Positions 1 to 12,800 of a DNA stretch of 64,000 nt are shown piece after piece. Location: positions 18,352,001 to 18,416,000 of the forward strand of contig NC_058383.1 of the NCBI RefSeq assembly GCF_018350175.1, written 5' to 3'. Numbering within the stretch: the stretch's first letter is position 1; every line of letters starts with the position of its first letter. The notes beneath the pieces are model-generated. The model did not search any database. It saw only the letters and a program-made list of their open reading frames with translations, and had not been told where the DNA came from. The position numbers and the translations under genes were made by a program. This DNA is from Felis catus (lineage: Eukaryota).

Positions 1-464
1 GGGGCCTTCTAATGCAGAACTGACCAATTAGAACTGGTCATGGCTCAGTGGACAGCTACATTTCCCCAGAGCTAAAAGAGGAGTAAGGAAACGGGAGGGA
101 GAAGATAACACCCTAAGTAGTCGTGGCTTTAAAAGGCAGTACAGTATAGGATAAGAGTTAAGATGGCAATTTCTAGGCTGGGACCATCTGGGCTTCACAT
201 TCAGGCTCCGTGTATAATAAAAGAAACATACTGTATGAATCCACTTGGATGAAATTCAAAACAGGCAGAATATCTTCAGTGAAAAATCAGAACAGCACTT
301 AACTTGGTGGGAGGTATTGATGAGAGGGGACCCCAGCGAGCCTTCTGAGAGATTAGGAATACCCTTATGTTGATCACGAGTGTATACATGGATAAACATG
401 TCCAAGGCATACCCTTAAAATGGTGTGCGCTTTATTTAAATTAAGCTGGAATTTTATTTTATTT

Positions 465-688
465 TATTTTATTTTTTTATTTTGAGAGAGTGTGTGCAAG
501 CACATGTGAGAGGGAGAGGAGTAGAGGGAGAGAGAGAGAGAGAGAGGGAGAAAGAGAGCGAGAATCCCAAGCAGTCTCCCCAAGCAGTCTCCCTGACTCG
601 GGGCTTGATCCCATGCCCCTGGGATTATGACCTGAGCCAAAATCAAGAGTTCCACGCTTAACTGACCAAGCCACCCAGTCGTCCCTGG
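465..688 (-). mobile_element. CAN-SINE (tRNA-derived carnivore SINE)
   Basis: Poly-T, (GA)n tract, gagaatcccaagcag..., ...cttaactgaccaagccaccc. Confidence 0.9.
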
Positions 689-1147
689 AATTTTAAAAAT
701 GCTAAACAAATTTAGGCTCTCCCATTCCCTGAATGATTGTGGGTCAATTTCTGTGGGTCAATTCTTCATTTGTGGGATAATAATAATTCCAGTTTGTTAA
801 ATGCTATTATATGGCGTTTACTATGGGCCAGACACTGATCTGGGCGCTTAAAAATATCAACTCATTTCCTCATTAACAAAGGAACAGCTTTATGAGTTGT
901 TTTCTATTGTGTCTACTTTACAGAGGCACAGACAGGTTTGGTACCTTGTCCAAAGTTACACAGGACGTGAACAAAGTAGGATTTTTAAAATCTTATTTTC
1001 TGAATGCATTGGTCTCTATAATGTTAAGCAGATATAGAAAACCCATAAACTCATTTTCCTGAAGGAACTGCAAGATTAAAAAAAATAACTTCAACACGCC
1101 AGTCACAGTTTCAGAACTTATCTCTGTTAATGGTTCTTGCTTCCTTA

Positions 1148-1255
1148 GCTACTCTGTCGGTGGAGTGTACAACTCCTGATCTGGGGGTTGTAAATTCGAG
1201 CCCCACGGTGGGTGTAGAGATTACTTAAAAATAAAACCCTTAAAAAAAAAAAAGA
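1148..1255 (+). mobile_element. Short CAN-SINE, 5'-decayed
   Basis: tRNA-like head ..ttcgagccccacg..gtgtagagattacttaaaaataaaa plus A-tail. Confidence 0.75.
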
Positions 1256-1639
1256 GTTAAGAATTTTTTTTTTTTCCCCTCAAGAACCTATTGCTGTCCC
1301 CTTGGGGGCGATATTACCCCTGTTGAAATGCATTAGGGCCATCACACCAACTCGTGTTCTGAGCCACCTTTACACACACCATCTCAACATCAGTGAAATA
1401 GTATTAGTCTCATTGCACACCTGAATACTGCGAGAAGCTATATTAATTATCGAAGTTTGAAATGGCTGGTAAGTGGATGGGGAATCCAGAGACCTGCGGA
1501 GATCCTAGCTTAGCCACTTAATTATCTTCTCCAAAACTTTGCTTCCTCATATGGAAAATGGTGGGGTCGGTGCAAAGAAACTTTGTCTAAACCTCGGGGT
1601 TTTGTGGTTTGTCTGTTTGTTTTTGCCCTATTTAACTTA

Positions 1640-1880
1640 ACAGCAAACATTTACACAGCCTACATATCAGGCACCCATCGGTGCCCTTTTCACACACTAA
1701 TATAATCCTTACAATAACATAAGGAGGAGATGCCATTATCACTTCCCTTTACAGAGGAGGGAGTTGAGTGAGGCACAGAGAGGTTGCAAGACTTGCTCAA
1801 GGTCACATCGGCAGTTAAGTGGCATAGCTGGGATTTGAACCTAGTTAGTCTAATTTCCAGAGTACCTGCTTTTAACCATG
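1640..1880 (-). mobile_element. MIR remnant (other MIR-like pieces at about 3350-3530, 21930-22170, 35700-35860, 41100-41200)
   Basis: tttacagaggag..gaggcacagagaggtt..gacttgctcaaggtcaca..ctgggatttgaacc MIR core. Confidence 0.7.
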
Positions 1881-3139
1881 TACTTTAAAGGGAAACGTCT
1901 TCTCACTTGTAAATAGAAGGTAACAAAAAATAAATGAAATGAAAAACAAACAAACAAACAAACAAACAAACTCGTTCTAACCTTCTAGCTCGATGTTTTC
2001 ATCTGCTCGGAATTCTGAGCCGGAGGCCTACCCTCTCTCTCTGTTGAAGACAAGACATGGCAAGATAAGCACGGAGAGAGAGGTGTTAAAGGGCTTCTGG
2101 CAGCAAAATGAGACTTGCTCCTGGAATGATCAGAAGCGTTGAAAAGGAGTTGGAAAGAGAAGAGCTCGCGCGCTCGCTCTCTTGCCGAGGGGTGCAGCGT
2201 GGGAAATAAACCCGAGATGGGACGCATTCCACACACCGCGGTCCTTCGCCTGGGCCTTCTAGGAGCGCCTGAACTTCCCGGAGGAGGACAGCGCCGGCCA
2301 GTTCCGCGCAGGGGTGCGGCCCCGGCCCACGCGCCTCGGACAGGACAGCGCCTGCCGAGAGGGCCGGCGTGGGTGGCGCTCCCCGGGTGCCAGGCTCGCG
2401 GGACCCGCTCTCCCGGCCCAGCGTGCTTCCTCAGGTGAGTCTCTCGCCCCCGCGGGGTCCTCACACACCTGTCACACAATTCACCCGGGGCCTGGAGTTT
2501 ACCGTTTCCTGCTACTTCAGGCTCCCGCGACGGCCCTGGGAGGTGTGCAGGTGTGATATCGTCGAAGGCTGTGAATAAGTAAACAATAAGCAGCCAGAAG
2601 TGGCCTGTTTCCCACATGATACCCAGGGAAGGGTCCAATTCCCCCTACCCGTGCTCTGGAAAGAGTCCCGCCCAGCGGGCCAGAACATTTATTATTTAGT
2701 GCTTTTATTGTGCCTGTCCCAGGCTAGGTACTGCTCTGAGCAAGTCCAGTCCCCCCCTTTATCTGTGCGATAGAAAACGCTGAGGGGCACAACAGGGACA
2801 TTGGGAGTGAGAAAACCAAGAGTCTAGCCAGGCTTTTTTTTTTTTTTTTTTTTTTTTTTCTCCCATAGATGGGCTGTGTGACCTTGGTCAAGTGTCAGAA
2901 CCTCTCTGAGCCTCAGTCGTACGCACACAAAGTCCCATTGCCCGGGCTCAAATCCTAGTTCTGTCACTCAGTAGCCAGGAGAAGTTGTGCAAGCGACTCA
3001 TCTCCTCTTAGGATGAGGACAGGGCCAGGAGCAGGGCTGCTAGGATTAGGGCATGAGAAGGGTCTAAAGCACAGTTCCTATGTGGTGCCTTGTAAGTACT
3101 GTGATATTCATTCCTAGTTGTTCCGGTTATATATTTTTA

Positions 3140-3338
3140 AATTCTTTTTTTAATGTTTAATTTTGAGAGACGGGGGGAGGGGAGGGGCAGAGAGAGAGGG
3201 AGACAGAGAATCCCGAGCAGGCTCTGTGCTGTCGGCACAGAACCGGATGCGGGGCTTGAACTCACGAACTGTGAGATCATGACCTGAGCCAGAATCAGGG
3301 TTCGGAGGCCTAACTGACTGAGCCACTCAGGCACCCCT
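3140..3338 (-). mobile_element. CAN-SINE
   Basis: gagaatcccgagcaggctc..gagatcatgacctgagcc..gagccactcaggcacccc. Confidence 0.9.
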
Positions 3339-5539
3339 CATGAGCCCTTATTCTATGCCAGGTAGTCTACATACCTTTCCTTCAACCATCACAAACCCTC
3401 TGAGGCTGTTAGGTGATCCCCGCTTTCCAGATGAGGAAGACTGAGGCACAATGAGGTCGACTGACTTGCCCAGGGTCACTGAGACACACGGTGGCAGACC
3501 TAGAATTCAAACCTAGATCTTGCCTGGCCTAAAATTCTTTTCCAACCAGGTCAGGATTCTTTTCTGTCTCTACCATGGAAATAATGATTGCTGCCACTCA
3601 GGTCTGCTGTTAGGATTCAGGAAGATAAAGTCTGGGAAGAGGCCTTGACTAATGTTTGCTCTTGCTCTGGTTACCTCAACTTCTTATTCCCCCAGGGTAA
3701 CTACTTGAGCAAAGGCCTTCAATTTTCCTGAGAAGGAGGCTGAGGACCTCCTCTTAGTCTCTGCGAGGCAATATTGTCTGATGTCCATAGGAGGGGCTGA
3801 AAGTCCAAGATCAAAATCAGAGCTGCCAGATTCCGTTCCCACGCCTGAGCCCAGGCCCTCCCAGGTTTCCTTCATCTCCTGGGTGTTCAGTGGGTCTCAG
3901 GTCTCCCGGCCAGCCCATGACGACTGAGAGTACATCGTCTTTTTGTCTCCTTCCCAGGGGCAGAGCAAAACTCCATGCGATCATATCTGACACCCCCAGC
4001 TTTGAACTTCAAGGAGAAGGAGACCTTATGACTATTTGACTATTCTGAAGTCATTTTCTCCCTGCCTCCAATAGGGAGGGCAGAGGTGGCCTTGGCAGAG
4101 TGGGGTGCCTACATCACCCATCTTATTGGTTGGTCTTACGGCGAGCAGGCCCGGTGCACTGTCCACCATCCTGCATAATGTATGAGCCCCCGGTAGGAAC
4201 AGAATACCATCAGCAGTGAGTCTGACCACTGCAGGCCACGGACGTGTCCAGAGGCCTTGCCAAGGCTGACGTCTCTCTTGGCAGGAAATGAACAGAGGGC
4301 GGGAGTGGGTGTCACCTGAGACCTTTCCTGGGGCTGGGGTGGGGACTGGCCTCATCTTGGGCCTTGGGGTTTTGCAAAGAAGATGGGGCAGACAAGGAGA
4401 CAGTCCCAAGAAGGCAATCTGCCCCTGACTTAGAATCAGCAATGTGACATTGGGGACAGTTAGCCCCCTGTCTTCTGGGCTTGAAGCTCCCACTGAGAGG
4501 GCTGGGGAGGGCGGGGGGGGGAGGGCGGTGCTGGGCGGGACTCTGTCAGTGTGGTTGAAGGTGAGAAGGGAGATTTGGGAACCAGGGACACAGACCCTGG
4601 TGATTTCTGTGGCTGCCTTGTGGTGCAGGAGATCCCCAGGGGCAGCAGTGTGGCAAGGTACTTCGGGGTGGACAACGTGGACAAAAGTCGGTACATGGTG
4701 GCACTGCTTTCAGGGGAACATGCCCAGATACAGTAATCATGGAGGAAGTCTGTGGCCTCCATGGGGGAGGCGTGCTTCCGTGAGTGTGCACGAGCGCAAG
4801 CATTGTTTGCGTAGAACCAGAAAGGTCAGGAATGAAAAGTGGGAGAGCCAAAGGAGGTAGGGCATCTGGATAACAACACTTCATTGGTGGATGGCATTGG
4901 ATTTGATTCATTCACAGAATCAGTGAGTACTCACTCGAGGCCCCTAAGACTGCAGGAACTGCCAGGGCTTGGGATATGGGGATGAATCAGACCCAGGCAC
5001 TCGCCGTCTAACCCGGGAGCAAAGTGGAGAATTCAAATAGCTTGTCATCAGTGCTGGGACAGCGGTGCATATATGGTGCTATAAGCAGCCACCTCCCCGT
5101 GAGGTTGGCAGGAAGACCTCCCTGAGGCAGAGGCTGGAAGGATGAGGGAACTCTTCAGAGGGAAACAGGGGAAGGGTGTTCTAGGCAGAGGGAACAGCAT
5201 CTGCAAATGTGTGGATCTGTGAGACCCTCTGCACTGGTTCAGGAAACTTGAACAGGTCCTACGGTAGAAATTTGGAAGAATGATTACATATTGTTATTTA
5301 GTTATGGTTTTACAGATTATCTGATTCCCCTCCCCTAGTAGAATGTAAGCACCATGAGGGCAGGGAATTTGTCAGCTTTATTCTCTGCTAGAGTCCCAGA
5401 GCGTAGATATGCTGTGAATGAACAAACGGAAGACAAAAGGGGCCCAGAGTGGATGATGTTGTCAGCTAAGCACTTGGGCTTTATCCTGGAGTCGGCTGGG
5501 GAGCCTCCGGAGGTTTAAAATAGAAAAGGGACATGGTCT

Positions 5540-5786
5540 GGGGTGCCTGGGTGTTTCAGTCAGTTCAGCGTCCAGCTCTTGATATCCCTTCAGGTCAAGA
5601 TCTCACCGCTCATGAGTTCGAGCCACGCATCAGGCTCTCTGTTGTTAGCACAGAGCCCGGCTGGGATCCTGTCCCCTCTCTCTTTGTCCTTCCTCCACTC
5701 ATTCTCTCTCTCCCTCTTTCTCAGAATAAATAAACTTTTAAAAAGAGACAAAAGACCTTTTTTTATTTTTTAATGTTTATTTTTAT

Positions 5787-5830
<44 letters not shown>

Positions 5831-5992
5831 ACAGGCAGGGGAGGGGCAGAAAGAGAAAGAGACCCTGAGACAGAACCCAAAGCAGGCTCCAAGCTGTCAG
5901 GAGAGAGCCCGACTGGAGGCTCGAACCCAGAGCCATGAGATCATGACCTGGGCCGAAGCCTGACGCTTAACCAACTGAGCCCCCCAGCCCCC
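5540..5992. mobile_element. Two CAN-SINEs in inverted tail-to-tail orientation (about 5540-5745 +, 5760-5992 -)
   Basis: ggggtgcctgggtg.. head with CT tract and AATAAA tail, followed by a reverse copy with a (GA)n tract. Confidence 0.9.
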
Positions 5993-6249
5993 CCGGAAAA
6001 GGGACAAGATCTGATGTGGGTGGGAGGAAATCACTCTGACAATTATGTGAAGGTTAAAGAGACCCGCTGAAGTCTTAAATTAGGACACTGTCAATAGAAA
6101 TGGGTGCGGCCAAGTTGGGGGAAAAAAAAAAAAGAATAGCGGTATACAGTTAACAAGTAGCTTTGATTTTTACAACATCCCCGTAAGGCAGGCGTTTCCC
6201 GGTTTTACAGACTCAGCGAGGCTCAGTGACTTGGCCGAAGTCACACAGC

Positions 6250-6800
6250 ACGCTGCTGGCGTAGCCCCGGGTGTCAGTCTTTTCTTTGCAGCGCCGCCGG
6301 ACGCCGCACAAGATGGGGGTCCGACTGCGGCAGGTGGCAGCGGGAAATCGCCACTTCCGTTCAGTAACGGCGGGAAAACCTGGTCGACCACGGCTACGAG
6401 GAGCTGGTGACCGCAGAGGATCTGGCCGGGGAAGAACGGCTGGGAGAAGGAATTTGGGTCTCGGCGGCCGCCGTAGGAGCGGCGCTCGGATCCCCATGGC
6501 AACGGCAAGAAGCAGCGGGAGCTTCTGGGCGGTGCTGCCGCCGCGGCGGATTGGATGAGCGCGGCGCGGAATCCGTGAACTGCCCGCGGCCCCGCGGGTG
6601 CAGGTGCTGGGGACCAGCGGACGGAGGGGGCCGGGGTGTGGGGACAGTCAAGGGTGTGGCCAGGGCCAGGCTGGGGCCTGCGAGGGGGCGCCGCCCCGAA
6701 TCCCCCGGACCCCCGACCCCACTGTCCCGACCAGTAGCCATCGTTCGGCCTCAGTTTCTCCAAACTGGGCGGGGGGTATCGGGCACCCCAGTCCAATGGC
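6250..6800. promoter_or_regulatory. CpG-island promoter of the upstream ORF / long ALDOA transcript; probably bidirectional (TLCD3B/FAM57B lies on this side in human)
   Basis: High CpG density, ETS-like ccacttccg at 6351, RFX X-box-like ccatggcaac 6494-6503, acceptor tctcctctgcag at 6842 opening the ATG exon. Bidirectionality is inferred from synteny. Confidence 0.7.
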
Positions 6801-6872
6801 CCCTCTCAGCCTCTGAGACCCAGGACTTTCTCTCCTCTGCAGCTCCTGGACTAACCGGCGCTGTCCTGCCCC

Positions 6873-9800
6873 ATGGACGTGAGTCCTAGGCCCCTTACCC
6901 TTTCCCGGAGGGACCCCGTAAGTGCCTTAAACTCGCCCTGACTTTGCCTGCCTTCGAGCCCGGACTGGACAGGGGGCTCTGTACCCAACGTAGACCCTTC
7001 GAGCTCCGGAGGAGAGCTGTGAGACAGTGCCGGGAATAGACTTCCCACGGAGCGCACATTCCCGCGCTTCTTGGCAAGATGAGATGCTTGCCAAGTAATC
7101 AAGGAGAAGAGGCATCCCAGGCTGGGGGAGCAGCTCGGGCAGAGCCTCGGGGTGGGAGAGAGGGTAGGCGTTTGGGGAGCTGCTGGGACTTCAGTATGGC
7201 TGGAGTGGAGAGGAGGAGGGAGGCTGAGGTGGGCAGGGCTAGCCTCGGGGCTTTGTCACCGAGATAAGAAGTTTGGACTGAGTCACTGGGAGCCATTGAA
7301 GGACTGGAAGGAAAGGACAGATACACAACACAGCTGGGATGGGAAGGGGCAGAATGGCGGGTTGGAAGACAGTCAGCGGCCAGTAATGTGGCCTAAGGGA
7401 CAGTAAAGTAGTACAGAGGAATCAGAGACAATAGATATGTTATGGAGAGGCATTCTGAGAGGAAGAGCAACACATCTTGGAACATTCTAGAATGATCAAC
7501 AGGTACCGATGGTGCTGAAACGGGGGCGACAGAGGAAGGTCACATTTGGGGAACAGGATAGTGTAGTCCCAATGACTCTCTCCCCAGCATCTGATGGCTG
7601 TTCCTCCCCTCTTCCCAGCCACCTCCGGTGTCCCTCCTGGTATTTTTGCCTTCCTGCAGCCCCTCCCACCTCCTTGTCACCCCTTCCTCCTGTGCTTGTC
7701 CAGGCCTCCTCTAGCCCGTGGAACCCAACCCCGGCTCCCGTCAGCAGTCCCTCCCTGCTGCTCCCCATCCCCGCCATCGTCTTCATCGCTGTGGGCATCT
7801 ATTTGTTGCTGCTCGGTGTAGTGCTGCTGACGAGACACTGCCTGCTGGTGAGGGGCCTGGTGGAGGCTGAAGGGTGGGCTCTGGGGAAGTGGAGGCCGTC
7901 AGTCGGTGCCCTCATCTGCAGGCCCTTACTCTGAGGCTCCTTTGCCATTTAGTCCCCGCATCTGTACCTATCACGGTCCCTCCTTTCCTGTCCCCCCCGC
8001 ATGCCACCTGGCCCGGATCCTGAGCCCTTTCCATCTCCTAGGCCCAGGGCTGCTGCACGGACTGCAGCTCCCCCTGCAGGAAGCAAGGCGCTTCCCGGCC
8101 CCAGGACTGTTGCTGGACCTGTGCGGAAGCCTGCGACTTCCCTCTGCCCAGCCCCGCCCGCTGCCTGGATGCCTGCTGCCCCCAGCCCACCGAAGCTGTG
8201 AGTTCTTGTCCTGTCCCCGGCTCCCCGAGCCCCGACCTGGGCGCGCTCTGTGCGTTTTTGTGTTGTTGTTGTTCAACAACGTTGATTGCTGAGCACCTGC
8301 TTTAGGCCAGGCCCCGTTCGGGATCCTGGCTCAGCAGACACCATATACAGCACATCACGTACTTTTCTGGTGCTGAAAACTACTTTGAGAGAAGAAAACA
8401 GGGTGGCAGCCGGAGAAAGGTGAGTACCATGTAGGGCACCCAATGGCTTCCGAAAACGGAAATATAAACGACCCCTCTCACCGCTCCTTCTGTTCACTGA
8501 GTGAGCACTACATTCCAGACAGTGTGCCACTTTTACTGGCATTATTATTTTCTCAGCAACCCTGAGAGCTGGGTATTTTTTAAACATTTATTTATTTTTG
8601 AGAGAGAGAGAGAGAGAACGAGTAGGGGAGGGGCAGAAAGAGCCGGAGACACAGAGTCCGAAGCAGGCTCCAGGATCCGAGCTGTCAGCACAGAGCCCGA
8701 CATGGGGCTCGAACTCACGGACTGCAAGATCATGACCTGAGCCGAAGTGAGACGCTCAACTGAGCCACCCAGGCGCCCCTGGGTATTATTTTTAATGTTT
8801 ATTTATTTTGAGAGAGAGAGAGAGGGAGAGAGAGAGAGAGAGAGAGAATCCCAAGCAGGCTCTGCATTGTCAGCACAGACCCTGACATGGGGCTCGATCT
8901 CATGAATCATGAAATCATGACTTAGCTGAAATCAAGAGTCAGACGCTTAAATGACTAAGCCACCCAGGCGCCCCAAGAGCGCTGGGTATTTTTAAAAAGC
9001 TATATAGTACTGATTATGAAAAGCATTGATTACAGTGTGCGTGTCGAAAAACATAGAAAGTACAAGTCACTTTATAAACCAGCTCCATAACCAAGGTTGC
9101 TACATTTTGTGTAAATCCCTCATATACTAATATGCAGTACTATTCCTGCTATCTTATGCCATTATTTGGTAAAGATGGGGTCATACCACACATATTGTTT
9201 CATCACAACTGCTACTTGCCCTTTTTACCTGGACATCACACCTTGACCCCCTAGCTCTGCCTGTGTGTGTATATAGTTAAGTATTTTTATCCTGTTTTTG
9301 CAGGGGGACAAGTTGCCTCCCGGAGGGAGGTTCGGTCAGAGTCTTGCAGAGCAAATCGCTCCATTGTGTGTTGAAACAGAATCCTCAGGGAGGAGCCTTG
9401 CTCCCAGAGGCCAGGCCATTTTTGCCTTTGTGGGTTTTACGATGTTAAATGTAACTGACCACCTTCCTATTTGGGGCTCAGATTTAAACTGCAAAGCTCT
9501 TGCCTTGGAAGTGGTGACCTTCCCCAGGAGGAAAGAGGGAGGATAAAAGACCCAGCAAATTCCCAACTTGTGCGGACCTTAGTTGGTTAAATTCCTGGGA
9601 GAAGTTGTGAGTTTTGAAATAAATTATGAGGCAAGGGGCTCTCCTTCAAATAATCTGCTTTTGGTTTCTGAGGGGTAGCCGGGAGAGGAGCCCAGGACTG
9701 GGGGTAAGAGGGCAAAGGGGAAAACGAAGACCCAGGGTCCTAAAAACTCCTATTTTATAGGAAATGAATTACAAAGTGATTTCTGGCCCCCTCTCCTGGC

Positions 9801-12800
9801 CGGGGGGGGGGGGGGGGTGGGGTGGGGGGGAGGGAGGTTGCCCTTTGCCCCTTCTGTCAGTCTGGGCCTTTCCTCCCTGGTCAGACCCGTGAGGATGGAG
9901 TGAGGAATTCTGGACCTGGAGACCTCAGGGCCTGATCTATCCGGCTTCAGCCAGAGCCAGGAAGGAAGGATTCTAGAATGGCACAGAGCAGGGCGGGATC
10001 ATTCTGTCATTCTGTCCTTGAGCCGTCTCTGTACAAAGTATAGTAAAGTGTCTGTTCTTCAGTTTCCTTATAGTAACAAGGACCACAAATATTACAAAGC
10101 TCTTGCCTATTTTATAGCTGTCCGAAACTGAGGCTTACAGAGGCTTGAGTGAGTCACCTGAGGCCTAGGCCAAGACACCAACCCAGGTGTCTTTTCCTTT
10201 CTGGGACAAACCTGCCTGCTCTGCTTCTTTCTCAAGCATGTGGCAAGGATCTCATTCATTCACTCATTCATTTATTCATTCACTTATGTATTCACCTACC
10301 AAAGATTTATGGGGTCACTGTCAAAGCCCTGTGCCAGGCCCTAGGGGCTCAGCAAAACAAGCTGGACACGGTCCCGGCCGCACAGGGCTTCTATTCGAAT
10401 GAAGGGCAGAGAAGAAAAAGTAGGCAGTTATGCTAGACCATGAGAAAGGAAGTCATACAGCGCAGTGGTTGGTTCTCAGTCCTGTGTGTGATCAGAGGCA
10501 CATGTGAGACATAGAAAACCACGCATCCAGGCCCCATACTCAGTAGGTCTGGGATGGGATTGGAGTTTGTGAATTAAGAAAAATTTTTTTAAATGTTTAT
10601 TTATTTTGGAGAGAGAGAGACAGAATGCGAGTGGGGGAGGGCCAGAGATAGAGGGAGACACAGAAGCCGAAGCAGGCTCCGGGCTCCGAGCTGTAGGCAC
10701 AGAGCCCAACACCGGACTCGAACTCTCAGACCGCGAGATCACGACCTGGGGTAAAGTCGGCGCTTAACTACCTGAGCCACCCAGGCACCCTCGGCTCAGT
10801 TCTTGATTCAAGGCATGCCCCCCCCCCCCGCCCCCGGTTTGCCTCCATGCTGGGCACGGAGCCTATTTAAAAACCTGGGGGAGAGAACGGGGACAAGAAT
10901 ATCTGCCTGCCATTGAGTGTTCACTGTGTACCAGGCATTGTCCTTGCCGCCATGAGCCTATGAAGGAGGCACATTTGGATGAGAAAACTGAGGCTTGAAA
11001 AATGAATTAGCCAAACCTGGGCCTGAATTCGATTCACATCCGGGCCTGAGCTCTAACCACTAAAGATGGCTGGCCTTCCCAAAATCAAAGTGAGAGAAAT
11101 CGAAGCAGAAAGAGCCTAACACACAAGGGTTAACAGTCTTGGGGCATTCTTGCTTAATGTACTGAAGTAGCAGATTCCTTCGAGAAGCCACATGGCTGCT
11201 TGTGAGAGTCGAGAAATCCATTAGACAGTTATAAATGACTAGCTGTAAACCCTTCCAGTGGACAGAGCCCAGAAATACTTTTCATACCCTCTCCTCTGAG
11301 CTGATGGCAACGGAGCGTCTCTCAGCCACTGTCCTGTGTAGGGAGTGACGGTGTGGTCCTCCAAAAACCCACAGAGTCCGCTTCATGCCCAGACTGGGAC
11401 TCCCCAGGGAGGCCCCAAACCACCCCAGCATCAAACACAAGGGAACCACTTCAATCTCCCTTCCACCATGACACCTCTAGCCTCCTTCTTGAGAGACAAT
11501 TCTGCTGGCACTACACCAGCCCAGTTCAGACCCCTGTCCTTGCAGCGGGCAGATCCCCTCCCCGCACCGCAGCCCCTACTGATATCTGATCTCACCAGTC
11601 ATCTGACACCGCACCCCCAAACCTCAGCTGTTTGAAAGGTCATTCCCCTATTCCTGGCTTGGCCTGGTGTCTGATTGAGCTGTGCAACTGTGACTGTCAC
11701 TAGCTCTGCCTCAGGCCTCCAGGAGCCAATCTCCTGTCACATCCTGGGTGTGTCCCACCCCAGCCACTTGGCCTGACTCCAGTCCATGCGTGAAGCAGTC
11801 ACAGATCACCCTTGTCACAGGGCAGGAAGGGAGACATAGGACAGTTCTCCGTTCTTGTCACTAAGGACATGCTGTTCCTAGTTCCCAAGAGACAGACCCT
11901 TCTGATTTCCTTGAAGCCCTCTTCTTTCTTCTTTGCCCAAAGAGGGGGAAATGATTTGATTTATCCACTCATTCAACATTCATTTGTTTCTCACATACCT
12001 ACTGAGCACGAGTACCCGTGCTAGGCCAGTGGTGACATGAGAGAAACTGTCCCTGTCCCCGCAGACCCAGAAGGAAGCTGGTACTCCTGGCATTGGTGTT
12101 GAGGGGTATCCCCCTCTCTAAGCCTCCATTGCCTCTTCTGTAAAGAGGCCCCCTGTGCAAGGTTCTGATACATAAAAGAGAGGTGACTCTGTGTGAAACA
12201 CTACAAAATTTTCTTAGATCTGTACATTACCATTCTCAAAGACAATTGAGATTTTTTAAAAGTCATTCATGAATACAGTCTGTGCCTTGCATGGAGTAGG
12301 CGCTCAGAAATGATGAACGAGATCCTGCAATCTGGTCTCATGCCAAGGAAGAAATTCACAAAACCAAGTCATTTTCATCATGGACAGAAAATGTGTGCTT
12401 TCCCCGGTCTCCTGGCTTGGAATTGAATGAGGCCACAAGGATATAGTAGAATCATCTTGGAGCTGAACATTGGGACTTAGTCAAACAGGACTATTTGGTC
12501 CTCGGTCTCCTTGTCTATTAAATAGGAAGAAGGGAAGAACCGCCTGAACTCAGTTGTTTGGAACACTGCCTCCTTGCTGATTTAATAGCACAGGGAATTG
12601 ATTTGTTCCCAAGAATGGTAGACGGTACCCTCTGTTCCACTGGGCAAATGGGACTCTCCAGGCCTCTCTGTTCCCTTCTCCCCTGAGAGGGAAACAGCGT
12701 AGGGCACTGGTCACCCTTCCTCCTGCCCACCGCCCTCACCCCTTTCTCCTCTCCCTCAGGGTTGGGCCTCTCGCTGCCCTCGCTGCTGCCCACTCTGCGA

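Noticed and set aside
1148-1230. tRNA-like sequence
   Set aside because: It is the tRNA-derived head of a CAN-SINE with A-tail, not a foldable tRNA gene.
1985-2638. 217-aa ORF and overlapping ORFs
   Set aside because: Low-complexity Arg/Gly/Pro translation of GC-rich DNA, no recognisable domain.
7509-7934. 141-aa single-exon ORF with a TM segment
   Set aside because: Only 7704-7847 lies between splice sites; the flanks are intron read-through of the spliced 139-aa gene.
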